This document shows positions 24,701-29,207 of a stretch of 29,207 bases of DNA, in pieces. Position numbers and translations under genes: made by a program. Each line of letters starts with the position of its first letter. The first letter of the stretch is position 1. Where the stretch lies: positions 1 to 29,207 of IMG/VR virus record IMGVR_UViG_3300025771_000129. One strand, given 5' to 3'. The notes under the pieces are model-generated. The model ran no database searches, was not told the origin of the DNA, and worked only from the letters and a program-made list of their open reading frames with translations. The DNA is from a virus (taxonomy: Duplodnaviria > Caudoviricetes).

Positions 24701-27700
24701 ATCTGTATATCTATAGAAATGATGTAATTTCGGACTACATTTATAATCAAAAAGATGGAATCTATCACCTATATGTTCTATCTGCCAATAATGCAGTTCC
24801 AAATACTTTTACTGATAGCAAATTTACACAAAGTCCAGTAGATCTTTATCCACAATTGGATAGAGATAATTATGATGATAATCAATTATCTGCAAAAACA
24901 TTTGCCAAGAGATCTCCAATTGGTGATGTTGCAACCAATGATCTCAAAAAGAGTATAACTAGAGAAACTTGCGACATATTCTGTGAGGAATTTAATTTAG
25001 GTCTAAAAATTAACACTGTTAGTACCACGAGTACAACTGGAACTCTAGGGTTCTTATATAATCATGGTCTTGGGGGTGTTAACAATGGTTCCTTAACCGC
25101 AGGTGGATCCAGTCATACTGAAGGTGTTTATCATAATGTAAAACTATATAATGACTCCGTACAATCTGATTGGAGAGGTGCTACAGGTAGAGTAACTGTA
25201 AATTCTAGTGGTTTAATTACCGAAATAAAAATATCTGCTAAAGGATCTGGATATTCTGATAGTGATACTTTATATCCAGATGTTACTGTTATAGGTGGAT
25301 CTGCAGATTCATATATGACATTATCAACATCTGGTATTACTACTTATATTGGTGATGTAATACAATTGACTGGTGATGGAGAAACTGCAGATGCTTATTA
25401 CAGAATTAGTAGTGTAACTAAGAATACAGTTGGATTTGCTAGGACAAGTGAAGATCCAACACCAACCACTAGTCAATATGCATTTGTTGTTGGGCCTTCT
25501 GTAAAAATTGATTCAACTTCATTTGCTAATATAGTTACTACAATCAACGGTGATACACAAATAACAGTTGGTGCTATTACATTTACTACTGTCAATTCTC
25601 ATGGATTAAATGTAGGAAATAAGTTTAGAGTTATTTCATCTACAAATAACAATGCTGGTGATTATATTGTAAAGGACGTTACATCAACGACAACATTTAC
25701 AGTTCAAACTGAAAGTGATCTACCATTCTCCGTTGCTGGTGGTTATGTTCTAAAACATGGATTATCTTCAAATGAAGGAATATCTGATATTAGAACTGAA
25801 AGTTATTCTTCCCGTACTATACCATTTTATGATGGTGAAGTATTTAAATTAACTGGCACATATAATGCAGGAAGTAATGCTGCACTGTCATTTACATGTC
25901 TAAGTGGAGCAAATGTATCCGATAGATTGAGACTTGGTGATTTCCTCCAAATTAATGATGAAATATTCAGAGTTAGTGGAGAAGTTACCAACACTAGTGC
26001 AGTTGTTTCAAGAGGATATCTTGGAACAAAGCAAGGAGATCATGAGTCTGGAACTTTATTTAAGAAAGTTAGAGCAATTCCTGTTGAATTTAGAAGACCT
26101 TCAATTTGTCGTGCATCTGGTCATACATTTGAATATCTTGGATATGGTCCTGGTAATTACTCAACTGCATTACCTCAAGTTCAAATTAAAACTTTAAGTG
26201 AAAGAGAAGATTTCTTAGTCCAAGCACAAGAAAGATCTGCTGGAGCAGTTGTTTACACTGGAATGAACAGTAGAGGTGATACCTTTAATGGTAATACCAA
26301 AGTATCTGCTGCTTCTGGTGAAACTGTTTCATATGATATTCCAAAACCAACGGTTACTGGACAAGATCCATCTAAATTAAGTGTTGCTTTTGATGAAATA
26401 ACCATCAGAGAAAGAATTATTGTTGAAGGTGGAACATCTGGATATGTTCTTTCGCAATTTGATGGTCCAGTTACAATGACCAAAAACTTGAGAGTTAAAG
26501 GTAAATCATATTTTAATAATCAACTTAGAGTAACTTTAGCGGGGTCCTCTTCAAATCCAACCACTGGTGCATTTGTCGTTAAAGGTGGTATTGGTGTTGG
26601 AGATGATTCACACTTTGGTGGAGATATTAATGTTGTAGGAGACGTTCTTTTAACAGATAACTCCATCTTAGGTCTTGGAACTGATGTAAATAAGAGACTT
26701 GAAATTTATACCTCTCCAAGTGATAGTGCTCATTATTTAAAGAGTACTACCACTGATAGAGAAATCCGTGTTAAAACAGGAGATGCATTCCTTGTTCAAG
26801 ACACTTTAAATAATCCAATAATTCGCGCCGATGCACAAACAAAACAGGCAACTTTATACTATGGTGGAACTGAAATACTTACAACAGAAAATACTGGCAT
26901 AAATGTTACTGGAATTGCTACTTTTAGTGAGGCAGTAGTAGTTCCATCAATTGTTTTTGGTGATAATACTTCTTCTACAGACAAATCATCTATATCATAT
27001 TCTTCTGCTACATTATACATAGAAAATAATAATGATAGTTCTGGCGATATTTACATTAGAAATTCCGATACAGATGATAATGCAACTGATAGATTCATTT
27101 ATATCAATGCCATTGATAATCATAATTCGATTGAATGTAAGTCCAATGAATATGTAAAACTTTATTATAATGGTGATGAAAAATTAGCAACTACCAACAC
27201 TGGTGTAAATGTTACTGGAACTGTTACTGCATCAACAGGATTTTTACCTGATACAAATGCTGGTGCATATCTTGGAACATCATCACTGAAATTTAGTGAC
27301 TTGTATATTCAAGGTCAGGCAACTATTGATAATATACAAATAGATGGTAGTACAATTCAAAACACTTCATCTGGTAATATTACGATACCTAAAATATCTG
27401 CAACATCTGTTTCTACATCAACTCTTTCTGCAACATCTGTTACTTCATCATCTCTTTCTGTATCATCCTCTGCTAGTATTCAGTCACTGACTGCTTCAGG
27501 AACTCTAACTGTAAGTGGTTCTATTGTTTGTACTGGCGACATTACAGCATTTGCTTCTGATATAAGATTAAAAACTAACATTGAACCTATCGAAAATGCG
27601 TTAGATAAAGTATGTAAATTGCACGGATTTACATACAACTTCAATGAAATTGGACAATCTTTAGGATTTGATGGCGATATAGTTCATGCTGGTGTTTCTG

Positions 27701-27864
27701 CACAAGATGTTCGAGAAGTCTTACCTGAGGTAGTTCGTTCTGCTCCAGCAAGCAATGACTATATTACCGTTCAATATGAAAAACTTGTCCCACTATTAAT
27801 TGAAGCAATAAAAGATTTAAATGCTAAGGTTGATTACCTTGAACAAAAACTATTAGATAAATAA
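21793..27864 (+). CDS. Large tail fibre / virion structural protein with a beta-helix scaffold and a C-terminal intramolecular chaperone (peptidase S74)
   Basis: N-terminal ILYVNP.D.D.TDSI.N.GNSL..PFKT.QRALLEAARFSY and ITNSNSNFG. C-terminal SDIRLKTNI..IENALDKV..L.G..Y...GVSAQDV..VLPEVV...V.YEKLVPLLIEAIKDL from 27556. Confidence 0.85.
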   Translation: MPLNKLDNFIKNTEGRILYVNPSDLDSTDSITNEGNSLAQPFKTVQRALLEAARFSYLQGNNNDITEKTTILLFPGEHIIDNRPGYAIYNNSNVAYVTPVEGGVGTPAITTLSLELDSNFDLTQKDNILYKFNSVYGGVIVPRGTSIVGLDLRKTKIRPKYVPNPTDDTIPNSAIFRITGACYFWQFSVFDGRDSETVYTNPRSFDAEYTSSPRFSHHKLTVFEYADGVNTVNREKFSSLTDLDMYYHKVGNAYNVYRSIENASKFPRSELSFAKQTPEWQIVGAFKSDPINVSNIISGNGTTATDRITVTTNVAHELSAGTPIRIRGVGTSQYNISTVVQDIISSTQFTYLLETFPINLNASPRLNNATVTVETDTVGGASPYVFNISLRTVWGMNGMHADGAKASGFRSMVVAQFTAVSLQKDDRAFVKYNPSTRVYDGIDYGVVTGDDLPAQASSTVTEKVYHLDQDAIYRPGWETSHIKASNDSFIQIVSVFAIGFTYHFDINSGADASITNSNSNFGQVALKSSGFKSEAFDKDNHAYITSIVAPRSIDSSIPDQIDWLQLDVPKTRTVGDSTKLFLSGFTSRSSEPTSLVQGYRIGAKSKDVITIDQGSSSYSAAVYMTGTNNQLNRNEKSYDVQYISYQNHFYIGSNNLKTGETVIINSSTGDLPENIKEHSVYFAITQDTDVYNAVSNPEGLRSSEFIKLASSYTYAFLGEAVSSYQGSGLTIKSRISDKNAGDIGSPIQWDTSNNQWYINVKSNNAIYNSFLDSGVGYDPNDDAKYSDSTDLAYVTRIADERALDEKTYKLRVVIPKEAYNAKNPEIGFILQDSSFTGALTDNDIPGHTSSRTTLPLSNTSYNRNTKFIKTAEKVGSLLKYTTELPHRVKVNDTVIIRNVKDSSETTTGQFNRGYNGSFTVDSLVDEYSFYVSYKDILDIQHDPGTFQNDTTQTRTVSELPTLERNDIKSNLYIYRNDVISDYIYNQKDGIYHLYVLSANNAVPNTFTDSKFTQSPVDLYPQLDRDNYDDNQLSAKTFAKRSPIGDVATNDLKKSITRETCDIFCEEFNLGLKINTVSTTSTTGTLGFLYNHGLGGVNNGSLTAGGSSHTEGVYHNVKLYNDSVQSDWRGATGRVTVNSSGLITEIKISAKGSGYSDSDTLYPDVTVIGGSADSYMTLSTSGITTYIGDVIQLTGDGETADAYYRISSVTKNTVGFARTSEDPTPTTSQYAFVVGPSVKIDSTSFANIVTTINGDTQITVGAITFTTVNSHGLNVGNKFRVISSTNNNAGDYIVKDVTSTTTFTVQTESDLPFSVAGGYVLKHGLSSNEGISDIRTESYSSRTIPFYDGEVFKLTGTYNAGSNAALSFTCLSGANVSDRLRLGDFLQINDEIFRVSGEVTNTSAVVSRGYLGTKQGDHESGTLFKKVRAIPVEFRRPSICRASGHTFEYLGYGPGNYSTALPQVQIKTLSEREDFLVQAQERSAGAVVYTGMNSRGDTFNGNTKVSAASGETVSYDIPKPTVTGQDPSKLSVAFDEITIRERIIVEGGTSGYVLSQFDGPVTMTKNLRVKGKSYFNNQLRVTLAGSSSNPTTGAFVVKGGIGVGDDSHFGGDINVVGDVLLTDNSILGLGTDVNKRLEIYTSPSDSAHYLKSTTTDREIRVKTGDAFLVQDTLNNPIIRADAQTKQATLYYGGTEILTTENTGINVTGIATFSEAVVVPSIVFGDNTSSTDKSSISYSSATLYIENNNDSSGDIYIRNSDTDDNATDRFIYINAIDNHNSIECKSNEYVKLYYNGDEKLATTNTGVNVTGTVTASTGFLPDTNAGAYLGTSSLKFSDLYIQGQATIDNIQIDGSTIQNTSSGNITIPKISATSVSTSTLSATSVTSSSLSVSSSASIQSLTASGTLTVSGSIVCTGDITAFASDIRLKTNIEPIENALDKVCKLHGFTYNFNEIGQSLGFDGDIVHAGVSAQDVREVLPEVVRSAPASNDYITVQYEKLVPLLIEAIKDLNAKVDYLEQKLLDK
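27856..27863 (+). promoter_or_regulatory. T4-type late promoter GATAAATA
   Basis: Overlaps the last codons of the 2023-aa gene, 15 nt before ATG 27879. Confidence 0.6.
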
Positions 27865-27878
27865 CTAAAAAAAGTGTA

Positions 27879-29207
27879 ATGTCCAATATTAGAAAGTCAT
27901 TTAATTTTAGAAACGGACTTCAAGTTGATGATACCAAATTTATTATAAATGCAAATGGCCTGGTTGGAATTGGATCTACAATTCCAACACAATCTCTTGA
28001 TGTTGGTGAAAATGTTAAAGTTCATGGGACAATTGAAACTGAATATCTAACAGTAAACAATACTACAACAATACCAACTACTAATTCTAATAGAATCAAT
28101 GTTGGTGTAACAAGCATTACCTCTGGTATTATAACTGCAACTAGTTCTAGTGGAATTATAACCTATTATGGTGATGGTGGAAATCTTATAAATCTTCCCA
28201 CATCTCAATGGGTTGATGTGGATCCTGGATTTGGGTATACAAGCATTTATTCTGCAGGATTTGTTGGAGTCGGTACAGTAGATCCAAGGTTCGTATTCCA
28301 AGTAGCGGGTAATACTGACACTTCAGTTGAAGGATTTACTGGTGTTGGTATCCAAACTGGCGGTCATATTCTTGCTGCAGGTATTGTAACTGCATATTCC
28401 TTTAGTGGTTTTGGTACTAACATAACTGGAATTAATGCTTCCAATATTAGTAATGGTACTTTAAATAATTCTAGACTTGCAGAAACGATCGAATCTTCTC
28501 AACTTAACCTAACTGGCATTGCAACTGCATATTCCTTCAGTGGTTTTGGTACTGATATAACCGGCATTAATGCATCCAATATTAGTAATGGAACTGTAAG
28601 TAATAGTAGACTTCCATCAGATATTGAGGTATCTAATATTAACCTAACTGGCATTGCAACTGCATATTCCTTTAGTGGTTTTGGTACTAACATAACTGGA
28701 ATTAATGCTTCCAATATTAGTAATGGAACTGTAAGTAATAGTAGACTTCCATCAGATATTGAGGTATCTAATATTAACCTAACGGGAATTATAACTGCAT
28801 ATTCCTTCAGTGGTTTTGGTACTGATATAACCGGCATTAATGCATCCAATATTAGTAATGGAACTCTAAGTAATAGTAGACTTGCCTCAACAGTTACTGT
28901 TGATAATGTAGTATCCACATTTACTGGGGATTTGACAGGAACTGCTACTACAGCTTCAAGTTTAAGTGGTACTCCAAATATTGAAGTGGACACTGTAACA
29001 GCGTCCAATTTATCTGTAAGTGGTATTGTAACAGCAAGTGAGTTTAATGTAGGAACTGGTGGAACCATTGTTAATATTACGTCTGATGGAAGAGTTGCCA
29101 TTGGTTCCGATACACCAACAAGACCATTCGAAATCATTACAACTGGAACTTCCGAAATAGAATTAGTTGGTTCTGAAGCAAGAATTATTCTTGCACAAGA
29201 AAAGTCT
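27879..29207 (+). CDS. Tail fibre protein, 3'-truncated by the window edge (not in the ORF track)
   Basis: MSNIRKSFNFRNGLQVDDTKFIINANGLVGIGSTIP... is open to the end of the window. Fibre motifs VGIGST.P, GIVTA and YYGDGGNL, plus 45-aa repeats. Confidence 0.88.
   Translation, partial: MSNIRKSFNFRNGLQVDDTKFIINANGLVGIGSTIPTQSLDVGENVKVHGTIETEYLTVNNTTTIPTTNSNRINVGVTSITSGIITATSSSGIITYYGDGGNLINLPTSQWVDVDPGFGYTSIYSAGFVGVGTVDPRFVFQVAGNTDTSVEGFTGVGIQTGGHILAAGIVTAYSFSGFGTNITGINASNISNGTLNNSRLAETIESSQLNLTGIATAYSFSGFGTDITGINASNISNGTVSNSRLPSDIEVSNINLTGIATAYSFSGFGTNITGINASNISNGTVSNSRLPSDIEVSNINLTGIITAYSFSGFGTDITGINASNISNGTLSNSRLASTVTVDNVVSTFTGDLTGTATTASSLSGTPNIEVDTVTASNLSVSGIVTASEFNVGTGGTIVNITSDGRVAIGSDTPTRPFEIITTGTSEIELVGSEARIILAQEKS
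28380..28886 (+). repeat. About 3.75 x 135-bp in-frame tandem repeat (45-aa unit GIxTAYSFSGFGT(N/D)ITGINASNISNGT..NSRL...)
   Basis: ACTGCATATTCC recurs at 28389, 28524, 28659 and 28794, with period 135. Confidence 0.95.

Noticed and set aside
28499-29137. 212-aa minus-strand ORF
   Set aside because: It is the antisense shadow of the plus-strand fibre gene starting at 27879; the tandem repeat inflates its length.
1-29207. Impression of frequent GATC sites (possible Dam link)
   Set aside because: Not counted; it may simply reflect common codon pairs such as GGA TCT and GAT CCA.

Overview
This AT-rich window comes from a T4-like myovirus; gene content and order are typical of cyanomyoviruses. 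It covers the baseplate, tail and fibre module. It opens with the 3' end of a Mom-like DNA-modification gene that the ORF track missed. A minus-strand block follows (gp4, gp2-like, gp48, gp53). The plus-strand late block holds gp54-like, gp26-like and short gp51-like genes, two paralogous tape-measure-like proteins (one with M23 peptidase and lysozyme-like domains), a gp27-like hub, a split gp5, two Gly-X-Gln collagen fibres each followed by a small adaptor-like protein, and a beta-propeller protein. A sigma70-promoter islet carries an orphan Phd/YefM-like gene and tRNA-Ile(UAU). The window ends with a 2023-aa fibre bearing an S74 chaperone and a truncated repeat-rich fibre gene. The strongest candidate for novelty is a -1 programmed frameshift (GGAGG-N10-T_TTT_TTC) that would fuse gp26-like to gp51-like just upstream of the tape-measure-like genes, as in lambda G/GT. 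All family assignments rest on motif recognition; no database searches were run.
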